A stretch of 32,000 nucleotides of DNA from Candidatus Brocadia sp. (GTDB lineage: Bacteria; Planctomycetota; Brocadiia; Brocadiales; Brocadiaceae). The stretch spans positions 3,390,001 through 3,422,000 of the forward strand of contig CP091279.1 in assembly GCA_021650915.1 (NCBI GenBank). The letters run 5' to 3'. This document shows, in pieces, positions 15,457 to 24,750 of this stretch. Position 1 is the stretch's first letter, and each line of letters begins with the position of its first letter. The notes beneath the pieces are model-generated. The model ran no database searches. It was not told the origin of the DNA and was given only the letters and a program-made list of their open reading frames with translations. The translations under genes were made by a program, and so were the position numbers.

Positions 15457-16755
15457 CTATTCTTCTTCTACCCGGAGAAATTTTGTGTCGTCTTTTATTG
15501 TATCGAGTTGCTGAATTTCTGCAAGCGCCTTTTGCAGATTGCCTTCTTCTGCACGGTGGGTCATCATGACCAAAGGGACATTGCCGTTTTCTTTAGCCTT
15601 ATGCTGGATAACCGAGGCGATGCTGATCTCATATTTTCCCAGAATACCGGATATCTTTGCAAGCACCCCCGGCTTATCGACAACAGAGAACCGCAAATAA
15701 TAGCACGTCTTAAACTGCAGGACGTCCGCTATGGCGAACCGTTCGGAGCCCCTGGAAAAGGTTTTCATGGCGCTGAAGGTGATGCCTGCCCTTCCCAGCG
15801 CAACGTCCACGAGATCGGCAACCACGGCGCTTGCCGTGGGCATCTGGCCTGCTCCTTTGCCATAGAGCATCGCTTCTCCCACCGCGCTCCCGGTTATACA
15901 GATAGCGTTAAAGACACCCTGCACTGAGGACAGGGGATGGTCATGAGGAAGGAGGGCAGGGTGGACGCGAAGTTCAATCGTGTCGTTATCTTTTTTGGCG
16001 ATGGCCAGGAGTTTTAGGGTATATCCCAGCTCGTGTGCGTACCAGATATCAGACAGATCCACGGAGCGAATGCCTTCATGATAGATCCGAGCATAATCAA
16101 AGTCTGTCCCGAAGCCAATCCTTGCCAAAATGGCAAGCTTATGCGATGAGTCTATGCCTTCGACATCCATGGTAGGATCTTTTTCTGCATACCCCAGCTT
16201 TTGCGCCTCAGCAAGGGCGTCGCTGTAGGTAACCTGCTCTTTCGTCATCTTGGTGAGGATATAATTGGTCGTTCCGTTTACAATGCCGCAGATGGATTCG
16301 ATCCGGTTGGCAATAAAACCGTCCCTCAGCGCGGCAATAATGGGTATCCCGCCTCCCACGCTCGCCTCGAAGGAAATGCTTTTGCCGTGCTGCCTTGCCT
16401 TGCGAAAGAGTTCAGAGCCATGGAGGGCCAAAAGCATTTTGTTTGCCGTCACAACATCTTTGCCCTTTTCAAGGGCTGCGGTAATAATTTCTTTTGCGGG
16501 ATGCACTCCCCCGATAAGCTCAACGATGACCTGTATGTCCGGATTATTAAGGAGTTGCTGGCCATCGGTGGTAAAGAGAATCTCCGATGGTAAGTTTAAT
16601 TTGCTTTTTACCTCCGGGTTAGAATCGGCAATGCCTTTTAATACCGGCACGCAGTCAAGTTTTTCCAAAAGGGGTGATTTTTTTTCCAGGAGAATTCTTG
16701 CCACCCCTGCCCCGACGGTTCCCATGCCTATGAGTCCAACATTGAATGCCTTCAT
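15457..16755 (-). CDS. hom: Homoserine dehydrogenase
   Basis: N-terminal NAD(P)-binding GLIGMGTVGAGV, a catalytic domain, and a C-terminal ACT domain. 432 aa. Confidence 0.93.
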   Translation of the reverse strand: MKAFNVGLIGMGTVGAGVARILLEKKSPLLEKLDCVPVLKGIADSNPEVKSKLNLPSEILFTTDGQQLLNNPDIQVIVELIGGVHPAKEIITAALEKGKDVVTANKMLLALHGSELFRKARQHGKSISFEASVGGGIPIIAALRDGFIANRIESICGIVNGTTNYILTKMTKEQVTYSDALAEAQKLGYAEKDPTMDVEGIDSSHKLAILARIGFGTDFDYARIYHEGIRSVDLSDIWYAHELGYTLKLLAIAKKDNDTIELRVHPALLPHDHPLSSVQGVFNAICITGSAVGEAMLYGKGAGQMPTASAVVADLVDVALGRAGITFSAMKTFSRGSERFAIADVLQFKTCYYLRFSVVDKPGVLAKISGILGKYEISIASVIQHKAKENGNVPLVMMTHRAEEGNLQKALAEIQQLDTIKDDTKFLRVEEE

Positions 16756-17112
16756 GGATCGATTGGTTCCTTTATCATCTTTACCACGGAGACCCTGCAG
16801 CGAGGAATGCCAGAAACCGAAAATAGGTTTCTTCCGTGCCGAAGCCTTCCGGATGGACGATTCAATTAAATTTGGATATCTGCAAATGTATCACGAAGGA
16901 TTTACTATAACGAATAAAAATGTTTATTGTCAATAGTTTTATAAACAGCAGAACCGGCTCTCCTTCCACAGGTTAATTTTCCTTGTAATGTCTCCGTAGG
17001 TCTGTTACATTATCTCGCAAAATTTATCTGGTAAAATTAACCCTGTCAGGGTTGACTCACGAATTTCGCACTTCGGATTCTGTCTATTCCGGCTCGTTTG
17101 GGTTTGGGGTTT

Positions 17113-18039
17113 ATGGCAAGCTTTCAGCAAAGAGATATCATTTCCATCAGGCATTTCAATAAAGACGAGCTGTTATATATCCTGGATTTGGCCAGACGCA
17201 TGGAACAAATGGACCATGCTGATCTCCTGAAGGGGAAGGTGCTTGCCTCTTTATTTTTTGAACCTTCGACGCGGACACGGTTGAGCTTTGAATCATCCAT
17301 GAAGCGGCTGGGGGGCACGGTAATTGGCTTTGCAGAGTCAGGGGTCTCTTCGGCGGCCAAGGGTGAGTCGTTGAGTGACTCTGTAAGGATTGTAGAGGGC
17401 TATTGCGACATCATCGTCTTACGGCACTATCTCGAGGGTTCTGCGCAATTAGCGGCGGATGTGGCCGCCATCCCGGTAATTAACGCCGGGGACGGCGCAA
17501 ATCAGCACCCAACCCAGACCTTTTTGGACCTCTACACCATTCAGAAGACCAAAGGGACGCTTGAAGGGCTTACGATTGGATTCCTGGGCGACCTGAAATA
17601 TGGCAGGACGGTACATTCTCTTGCTTATGCCCTGGCGCATTTTGGTGCGGAAATGTACTTCATCTCGCCGCCCAGCCTGCGACTGCCCGGCGATTTTATG
17701 GAAGTACTGAAAGACCGGAAAGTAAAATGCCATGAGAATGAATCACTCATGGGAATCAGCAAACGGCTGGACGTGATTTATTGCACCAGGATACAGAAGG
17801 AGCGGTTTGCAGACCCGGTGGAATTTGAAAAGGTGCGCGGCATCTACCGGCTGAGTAAGGCAATGCTTGAAGAGGTTGGCATTAAGGATGATTTAAAGGT
17901 GCTGCATCCCCTGCCGCGGGTGGATGAAATGGATGACAGCCTGGATGCAACGGATTATGCCGTCTATTTTCACCAGGCGCGCAACGGCGTTCCGGTGAGG
18001 AAGGCTATCCTGGCGGCTGTTTTAGGAGCCATTGCATGA
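17113..18039 (+). CDS. pyrB: Aspartate carbamoyltransferase catalytic subunit
   Basis: FFEPSTRTR carbamoyl-phosphate motif, HPTQ, HPLPR. The ATG at 17113 is preferred over the TTG at 17098. Confidence 0.93.
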   Translation: MASFQQRDIISIRHFNKDELLYILDLARRMEQMDHADLLKGKVLASLFFEPSTRTRLSFESSMKRLGGTVIGFAESGVSSAAKGESLSDSVRIVEGYCDIIVLRHYLEGSAQLAADVAAIPVINAGDGANQHPTQTFLDLYTIQKTKGTLEGLTIGFLGDLKYGRTVHSLAYALAHFGAEMYFISPPSLRLPGDFMEVLKDRKVKCHENESLMGISKRLDVIYCTRIQKERFADPVEFEKVRGIYRLSKAMLEEVGIKDDLKVLHPLPRVDEMDDSLDATDYAVYFHQARNGVPVRKAILAAVLGAIA

Positions 18040-18485
18040 AACATTTGGACGTCGCTGCAATTAAAGACGGCTCAGTGATTGACCACATCGACAGTAAAAG
18101 CACCCTAAAGGTTGCCGACATCCTGAATATACAGAATGAGGAGCAGGTAGTCCTTGTCGGGGTGAATTTAACGAGTAAATTTTTAAAGAAAAAAGGGATT
18201 ATCAAGATCGAAGGGAAAATTATCGATCAGAAAGAAGCGAATAAAATTGCCCTCATCGCCCCGAATGCAACGGTCAATATTATTAAGGATTACGAAGTTG
18301 TGAAAAAATTCAATACGGTAATTCCGGAGATCATCGAGGGCATTGTGAAGTGTTTTAATCCCAATTGCGTAAGCAACCATAACAATATAAAAACAAAACA
18401 ACATGTGGTGAACAAGAATCCGATACGATTACAGTGCCATTACTGTGAACGTATTATGGGCGCAAAAGATATCGTATTGATTTGA
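18036..18485 (+). CDS. pyrI: Aspartate carbamoyltransferase regulatory subunit
   Basis: AIKDGSVIDHI N-terminus. C-terminal Zn domain CFNPNC...CHYCE. ATGA overlap with pyrB. Confidence 0.92.
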   Translation: MKHLDVAAIKDGSVIDHIDSKSTLKVADILNIQNEEQVVLVGVNLTSKFLKKKGIIKIEGKIIDQKEANKIALIAPNATVNIIKDYEVVKKFNTVIPEIIEGIVKCFNPNCVSNHNNIKTKQHVVNKNPIRLQCHYCERIMGAKDIVLI

Positions 18486-18532
18486 GTTGAGGGTAGAAGT
18501 GAACCCGGTGCAATGAAGAGGGGGGTTCTTCG

Positions 18533-19405
18533 GTGCAAGTAATTACTGCAATGCAAGCTCTGAGGCAACACATCAGGGCGTTGAAGGAAAACCGTTCGAC
18601 GATTGGTTTGGTGCCGACCATGGGCGCCCTGCATGAAGGGCACCTGAGCCTCGTCAGAGAGGCAAAGAAAGAAAACGACACGGTAGTGGTGAGTGTCTTT
18701 GTAAATCCTTTGCAATTTGGGAAAAATGAGGATTTTGCGCGATACCCCAGGACGCTTGACAATGACTGCAATCTTCTTTCCCAGGAGGGAGTAAGCATCG
18801 TATTCAGTCCGGGCGCAGCGGAGATGTACCCGGCGGGGTTTTGCACCGCGGTAGTTCCTGAATCTCTGGAAGACAAGCTCTGCGGGAAATCGCGTCCAGG
18901 GCATTTTCGGGGCGTCGCCGTCGTTGTGCTGAAACTCTTTAATCTCATACAACCGGACGTTGCCTATTTCGGGCAAAAAGACTTCCAGCAAACCGTGGTG
19001 ATCAAGCGAATTGTTTCCGATCTCAGCGTGGGTGTTGCGATAAAAGTACTGCCGACGATCCGGGATCAGAATGGGCTGGCCTTGAGTTCCAGAAATGCCT
19101 ATCTTAGTGAAACAGAAAGAAACGATGCCTTTTGTTTGTACACGGCGCTGACAAAGGCAAAGGCTATGGTAAATACCGGAATGACCGACACAGAAAAAAT
19201 TCTCCGGGAAATGGAGGAAATTATTACCCGTTGCAAGTCAGCAACGATTGATTATATCGCCATAGTGAATCCTGAAACCCTTGGAGCAGTGCCAAAGGCA
19301 CGGAACGGCGATGTTGTTGCCCTGGCGGTCAGAATTGGCAAGACGCGACTTATTGATAATGTCATACTCATCCTTATGATTGCGCTCTGTTGTCTGGGGT
19401 TGTAG
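18533..19405 (+). CDS. panC: Pantoate-beta-alanine ligase
   Basis: LVPTMGALHEGHLSLV signature and FVNPLQFG. GTG start preceded by GAGGGGGG. Confidence 0.92.
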   Translation: MQVITAMQALRQHIRALKENRSTIGLVPTMGALHEGHLSLVREAKKENDTVVVSVFVNPLQFGKNEDFARYPRTLDNDCNLLSQEGVSIVFSPGAAEMYPAGFCTAVVPESLEDKLCGKSRPGHFRGVAVVVLKLFNLIQPDVAYFGQKDFQQTVVIKRIVSDLSVGVAIKVLPTIRDQNGLALSSRNAYLSETERNDAFCLYTALTKAKAMVNTGMTDTEKILREMEEIITRCKSATIDYIAIVNPETLGAVPKARNGDVVALAVRIGKTRLIDNVILILMIALCCLGL

Positions 19406-19481
19406 GAGGGGATGTTTTTTTCTCGTGTATTATCACAGTTTCTTTTTTTGATCTTTTCCTCCCTGGCAAAAACTGCAACCC

Positions 19482-20897
19482 ATGGTGATTATTTCAAAAA
19501 TTCTTATTCGCATCCCGCTGTTTTCCATCTGGTGCTTTCCCTTAGCGACGGTAAATGCCCAGGAGGGTGAAACAGGGATGAAGTTGGTGAATCAAATGCC
19601 TGATTATGGTCTGCCTGATCAGAAACGCGTCGATGAATTTCTTCTCGATTTCAAAAAGCCCACCGGTCATATTTCCCGGGAGCAACGCGCTGGAAAACTC
19701 GACGATCGTATTCGCAATGCCAGGCTGACCCTGGCCGACAAGATCGAAGCCTTTAAAAGGGTGGCGCCACGGGCAGATGCAACTAGCCAACGGAAGGAGT
19801 TGCGTATGGAACGACTGCTCATTTCGGTTGCACCGGAGGACCTGCCCCTGTTTAAGTTCGTCCTGGAATATGACGGGGACTACAAGGATATGGTGGAGTA
19901 CGTATTTAGCGATATTGATGACAAGGAGTGCCAGGGACGGATTCTCAATTATCTCCGAACCGTGAAACAGCAGGCTGGCATAAAAGTTCTTACCGATGTT
20001 GACGACACGATGTACGCTAATCTTATTGATGACCGTTATCCAGGGGAAACCCGGTATCCGGGCGTCCTGGAGTTCTACGATTCTCTGAAACAGGAGCCAT
20101 TTGATCTGCAGGTAATACCGGTAACAACCTTGTCGGCGCGCCCCAATCCGATTGCCGGCATCATGGAGGAGGACAGCCTTAAGAAGCTGGGGAATTTCAG
20201 CGATAGTACGGGCAGGCGGCTGTGTCCGAGTGCATTGTCGGGAGACCTTGGCAGTTCAGTCATTGGCACTGTGGAGACCCTTTTACGGGAAAAGCTTCAT
20301 CCGCTCCACGACAAGATTCCCCATGGCCAGGAGAACAAGATTGGCGAGGTGAAGTTTATGAATTTCGAGAAGTTTTCAAAGGTCTACCCAGAATATCGCT
20401 ATGTTTTTGCTGGTGATTCAGGACAGGCAGACGCACTTACGGCACAAAAGATGATCACCAGCGAGCCTGCGGGAGAGGCGGCAAGGGTTATCACCACCTT
20501 TATTCATGACCTCAGGGAATCCGATGCCGATGTGAAATCAGTGAGTCCGGCATTCAGAAGTCTGAAACCCGATATCGTAATCAGGAAAACATCCCCTCAG
20601 GGCCGGGGAGTTATCGTATTCAGGAACTACATCGATGCGGCGGTGACTGCCTGTCTGCATTCGGCGACCCTTGAGAATCTGATTACTGCGGAGGAACTTG
20701 CCGAAATCACCTGGGCGGCACTTCGTCAGTTTCAGATAATTGATTTCAAGGGCAAAGAGGCTTCAAAAATGCGGCTTCGGGCACAGTACCGGGAGGACGC
20801 CGAAGAGTCATTGAAACTTCTGACAAAAAAGCCTTCCGTGCCACAGGAAGTTCTCAGGAAAATCCGCAGCATCCTCGATGAAAAGTTTCAGCAATAA
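19482..20897 (+). CDS. Exported HAD-like (DxDxT) phosphatase-family protein, possibly App1/DUF2183-like
   Basis: Signal-peptide-like N-terminus (IPLFSIWCFPLATVNA-QE). HAD motif I DVDDTMY, motif II TLSARP, motif IV FAGDSGQAD. The start codon is uncertain. Confidence 0.5.
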   Translation: MVIISKILIRIPLFSIWCFPLATVNAQEGETGMKLVNQMPDYGLPDQKRVDEFLLDFKKPTGHISREQRAGKLDDRIRNARLTLADKIEAFKRVAPRADATSQRKELRMERLLISVAPEDLPLFKFVLEYDGDYKDMVEYVFSDIDDKECQGRILNYLRTVKQQAGIKVLTDVDDTMYANLIDDRYPGETRYPGVLEFYDSLKQEPFDLQVIPVTTLSARPNPIAGIMEEDSLKKLGNFSDSTGRRLCPSALSGDLGSSVIGTVETLLREKLHPLHDKIPHGQENKIGEVKFMNFEKFSKVYPEYRYVFAGDSGQADALTAQKMITSEPAGEAARVITTFIHDLRESDADVKSVSPAFRSLKPDIVIRKTSPQGRGVIVFRNYIDAAVTACLHSATLENLITAEELAEITWAALRQFQIIDFKGKEASKMRLRAQYREDAEESLKLLTKKPSVPQEVLRKIRSILDEKFQQ

Positions 20898-21085
20898 AAA
20901 TGAAGCGGTTTTTCCGAATTCCTTATTTCTAGCCTGAAAACTACAATCAATACTACCATCTCTCAATGTCCTGCTTTTTGCGTGTCTTTTGTGCCGCAGT
21001 TTCCGTAAGCGCTTTCATATCAAGGGCTGAAGCAATCAATCGCGAACAAGAGAACTCCCGGCCCTTCTCCATCAAAACAGAGCGG

Positions 21086-23434
21086 TTAGGCAGTTTTCAC
21101 CGTGATCGCCTCCAATGGGCAACACTTTTCAAATCCGGGCTTGATGTCCCAGTCGGCAGCTTTACCGGCAATAATCTTTGCCTTATCATCGACCACGTCA
21201 ATTACCCCATTCGCGTTTGCAACGCAGATTCCGCAGCCTACACATCGTCCCTGATCTATGTTCACGGTAATATTCTCACCATCTTTTTTGAAATGCGCCT
21301 CATCAAGATACTTGATCGGTTCCTGATCAGAAATGGCGTCTGCATGTGCCGGTAAATGTTTTTTTAACAGCTGGCGGCCTGCCCGGTCATAATGAAATAT
21401 TGACCGTCCGCAGCGTTCGCAGGTATGTAACTCCTGCAACTTTTCCAGGTAGTCCATCACCGTTTGCACTACGGTGGCGTGGCTCCATGTCAGGGGAGAA
21501 ACCGAGAGCGGTTCTCCGGTGTACGGGTTGATCTGCTCTGCCAGCACGCCGGAGGGCAGGGCGCGCGACACGGTCCACCTGAGATAATTTACCACCCGTT
21601 CGAGATCTTCGACAGACTTTGCTATTGACACGTAGTATTGTGCCAGCCACATGGTACAGACGATCCACGGGTTTCCCGGAATAGCGCCGTCGTTTCCGAT
21701 GCGCTGGTACCCGTCATTCTCGTACCGGGCAATTCCGCCGATCCTGGTCCTGACCCATAAGGCAGATTCGATTGCCTTCATCGTATTTTGTATCTTGATG
21801 TCAAAGGGATCATACACGCCAAAGGCGAACATGCCATACAGGCTGGCATCAATGGTGGCGTCTTGTTCATAGTTTTCGTCTTTGATTATGAGGGGGCCGC
21901 CTTCCTTTGGATAGATCATGCGCAGGAATCTCTGGTGTTTCTCGCTGTACAGATATTGATCAATTGCCTCTTTAATCTTTGCTGCAGTTTCACGATATAG
22001 TGAGGCCTTTTCCGTGTGGTAAAAGATATCAGAGAGGTTTGCTGCTGCTATGAGTCCGCCATAGACGGTGGCGGCGGTAAAGGAGAGGATACCGCGCCTT
22101 TCTTCCCACAGGTCATAGGAAGGAAGCGGCAAGCCGGTCTCTTCATCCCGGTAGCTCACCAGAAAGTCCGCCGCTTTTTCCACAAAGGAATGATAGAGAG
22201 GGCGTATCTCGTCCATTCTTCGGTACAGATCGTAGTAACGCCATATTGCCCACAGGATCAGGGCTGTTTCATCTTCCTGAATGGGCACATGTATCTCGTC
22301 CCCCTTTACCCAGGGGTGCCAGGAACTACCGAAAGAACCGTCGGGGTTATACTTGTGCAATAAAAATCCATCTTCCACCATAACGCTTGCACAGAAATTG
22401 TATGGCGTAATGGTATTTGCACAAAAGTTAAAAAAATTCCCGCAGGTCGTCGTGTAACCGGCCTTCATGAGGGCATAGGAGACCATTGCTCCGTCCCGTG
22501 GCCACATATAACTATAGGTGTCTTTAGCGAATTGCTTAATATCAGAATCGTTTGCTGCAATGATAGCGCCGCCACTGTCTATCTGGGTCATAAGAACTAA
22601 CAGGCTTCTTTTAAAAAGGCCAACAACGTCCGCCGGCAGATTCCCGAAGTTAAACTCCTCCTTATTTACCCAATGTCGCCAGTAACTCGCTGTTCTGTCG
22701 ATTATCTTTTGTGGCTTATCATGCACAAGGATGTCATTCAGGGCATCTACCTCACCGTAATTCCTGCCGGCAGCGATCCAATAATAGACAACGGCCTCGC
22801 CATGGGGTGGAATTTCCAGGGGAATGCCAATGGTCGAGTCAACCGAACCCTGTGCAATGGGATTTCCGCCCAGGATTCCATCTTCTGCGTCACGCCATGT
22901 TCCTTCTGCGCCGCGAAGTCTCTTAATCCCCGTCGCATATTCTCTCACCCCCCAGACATCTCCGGCAGAGCAATTGATCAAAAAATACCGCGGCCCTTTA
23001 TAATGAACAAGGCAATTCTGCTTTGCATCGTAAAATACGGTATCGCCGATCTCATTTTCCATGACGCTTAGATCCTGATGGAAAAAAAGGCGGACTCCTC
23101 TCTCATATTTTCTGAGATTCCGGACAAGTACCTTACGGACGTAGATGTTCTTCTCAAAATCGACGGCATCGTTGCAGACAAGCTGAAGCCCCAGCCTTTC
23201 ATGGGACGCCCGGACGTCCGTCACGAGGGTTTCGTTCAAATATCCCAGGGCAATCCTCCAGTCTCTTGCATTAACCCACGAAAAGCCTTCTTGTGTCCAT
23301 ACGCCGAATCGGCTGGGATAGCCGAGGGTTTGATTTTCCTTGCCAACACGCGGGTAATACAAATCCCTGATAGTGTAGTCTGCGTCAAATGCGATCAAAA
23401 ATGAACCGTTTCCAACGGGGATATCTCTAGGCAC
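21086..23434 (-). CDS. Glycoside hydrolase family 15 (glucoamylase/trehalase-like) fused to a C-terminal ferredoxin-like domain
   Basis: The N-terminal GH15 pattern (MPRDIPVGNGSFLIAFDADYTIRDLYYPRVG) and catalytic region run to about aa 660. A ~120-aa tail follows with CERCG and NIDQGRCVGCGICVANANGVIDV...EKCCPLEAI (CxxCxxC...CP). It is one uninterrupted ORF. GTG start with a GAAGGAAG RBS. Confidence 0.8.
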   Translation of the reverse strand: MPRDIPVGNGSFLIAFDADYTIRDLYYPRVGKENQTLGYPSRFGVWTQEGFSWVNARDWRIALGYLNETLVTDVRASHERLGLQLVCNDAVDFEKNIYVRKVLVRNLRKYERGVRLFFHQDLSVMENEIGDTVFYDAKQNCLVHYKGPRYFLINCSAGDVWGVREYATGIKRLRGAEGTWRDAEDGILGGNPIAQGSVDSTIGIPLEIPPHGEAVVYYWIAAGRNYGEVDALNDILVHDKPQKIIDRTASYWRHWVNKEEFNFGNLPADVVGLFKRSLLVLMTQIDSGGAIIAANDSDIKQFAKDTYSYMWPRDGAMVSYALMKAGYTTTCGNFFNFCANTITPYNFCASVMVEDGFLLHKYNPDGSFGSSWHPWVKGDEIHVPIQEDETALILWAIWRYYDLYRRMDEIRPLYHSFVEKAADFLVSYRDEETGLPLPSYDLWEERRGILSFTAATVYGGLIAAANLSDIFYHTEKASLYRETAAKIKEAIDQYLYSEKHQRFLRMIYPKEGGPLIIKDENYEQDATIDASLYGMFAFGVYDPFDIKIQNTMKAIESALWVRTRIGGIARYENDGYQRIGNDGAIPGNPWIVCTMWLAQYYVSIAKSVEDLERVVNYLRWTVSRALPSGVLAEQINPYTGEPLSVSPLTWSHATVVQTVMDYLEKLQELHTCERCGRSIFHYDRAGRQLLKKHLPAHADAISDQEPIKYLDEAHFKKDGENITVNIDQGRCVGCGICVANANGVIDVVDDKAKIIAGKAADWDIKPGFEKCCPLEAITVKTA

Positions 23435-23850
23435 AATCGTCTTCCTTCTGATAGTTTATGTGTTCCATGATATAATTTTCTCCGCGAGCCAGGGATGCCA
23501 TAACTGCTGTTCGATGCAAGGTCATTCCTCCTCCCCGTCTTCTTTGCCGATGGGTGGCGCAAAGGCACACTCCAGAATATTCCTGCCTTCTACGTCCATT
23601 TCCCGCTTTGTCATTTGATGTAATGCCTGATTGTAAGGATTTCCTGGTATTATTAATTACCCGCCGATTTCAAGCCGATCCAACAAACTTTTTGAGATGC
23701 AGGCGGTACAGGCCGTAACGATAGTCACTTCATGTTATGCTTTTACAATAAAAAACGATTGAAATTAATAACAATCATTGTTTACTCAAAACGGAGAGTA
23801 ACATAAGTTTTTTCCCAAACCCTTGTGTCGTTGCCTTTTCTCTCGTTATG

Positions 23851-24060
23851 CTATACCGACACTTTTTCAATCTCCTTGAGCGCTGGAAGAATTTTGTCTT
23901 TATTCTTTTTGACACAATTTAACACTTCTATACCTACAATATTGTCATTTTCATCATAGTCAACAATTACGTCTTTTTCTACCTCATCGCTCTCAATTGC
24001 CTTTTTCCTGCTAATTTCAATATATAGAGCATCAACATCCTTATCATATGTTATTTTCAT
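23851..24060 (-). CDS. DUF2283-family small protein (antitoxin-like)
   Basis: MKITYDKDVDALYIEISRKK...DENDNIVGIEVLN is the typical DUF2283 pattern. The ATG at 24060 is preferred over the upstream ATG at 24093. Confidence 0.75.
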   Translation of the reverse strand: MKITYDKDVDALYIEISRKKAIESDEVEKDVIVDYDENDNIVGIEVLNCVKKNKDKILPALKEIEKVSV

Positions 24061-24328
24061 CTTTATATCCTTTTTTAGTCGCTCCCCTGTCAAAATACGA
24101 CGGTACTATTTTCTTTGAAATGGGATTCAACACAACTTTCAAACACTTCTTATCCCGTTCTTCAATTTTTTTGAAATAGTGAACTTCGACCTCTGAAATT
24201 TCAACCTTGTAGTCATATTTTTCTATTGTTTCTACAATCCATCTTTCGTGATAATTTTCTGTCTTTGAGTTTCAAATCACCTGCTTGGGAGCAAGATAAA
24301 ATTTTGGAAAGTAATTGTAGCATTCCAA
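24044..24328 (-). pseudogene. Toxin-like ORF (DUF4258-like position and size) interrupted by an in-frame TGA and lacking an ATG
   Basis: The minus-strand frame reads (TTG)ECYNYFPKFYLAPKQVI*NSKTENYHERWIVETIEKYDYKVEISEVEVHYFKKIEERDKKCLKVVLNPISKKIVPSYFDRGATKKGYKDENNI*. It starts 3 nt after the zinc-finger ORF stop and overlaps the DUF2283 start by 17 nt. The family assignment is tentative. Confidence 0.35.
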
Positions 24329-24331
24329 AGC

Positions 24332-24550
24332 TCAATGATTGTAGCCCTTTCCACCACATATAGCACATATAGGATAAGTAAGTACATGTTTATCGCATTT
24401 TTCCCCCGGCAGGCCACGCCCACATTTTGGGCACTCTCTCCAGATTTTATGCGATTCTTCTCGAATAGTTGTGTTGCTGCGGCAAATACCAGTTCCTTCG
24501 CAATGTACACACTTGACTACTTTGAAACCGTTTATGTCTATTATTTTCAA
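24332..24550 (-). CDS. Small Cys-rich zinc-finger protein (DnaJ-CR-like CxxCxGxG repeats)
   Basis: 72 aa with CVHCEGTG, CPKCGRG and CAICGGKG, plus extra Cys residues. The TTG start has a distant GGAGG, so the start codon is uncertain. Confidence 0.5.
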   Translation of the reverse strand: MKIIDINGFKVVKCVHCEGTGICRSNTTIREESHKIWRECPKCGRGLPGEKCDKHVLTYPICAICGGKGYNH

Positions 24551-24750
24551 CGGAGTCTTCGTAATAATTCACCTCCATTATTTTGAATACCGGTAAAAAT
24601 GCATTATAAAAAAATTTTACCGGCTTCATAAAAAGCTTCTATGCTATAGTCTTGTACATACAACACAATTTCTGTTTGAAAAACGTAACAATAACCTTGT
24701 AATTTGTGTTTTGATTTTTTTCATTTTACAGCCCGCCTTGTCTGGGTTAC

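Noticed and set aside
16756-17112. Possible pyrimidine attenuator or PyrR site upstream of pyrB
   Set aside because: Only a small hairpin (aaccctg-tc-agggtt) is visible. There is no PyrR-box-like sequence and no leader peptide with a terminator, so the evidence is insufficient.
20966-21355. 129-aa plus-strand ORF
   Set aside because: It mostly overlaps the 3' ferredoxin-domain part of the GH15 gene on the opposite strand. It has no motifs or RBS.
23435-23620. Two overlapping micro-ORFs (about 30 and 32 codons, ATGA-coupled) on the minus strand ending at the GH15 start codon
   Set aside because: They are too short to support from sequence alone. They lack convincing RBS and recognisable motifs. 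They are noted only as something ribosome profiling could test.
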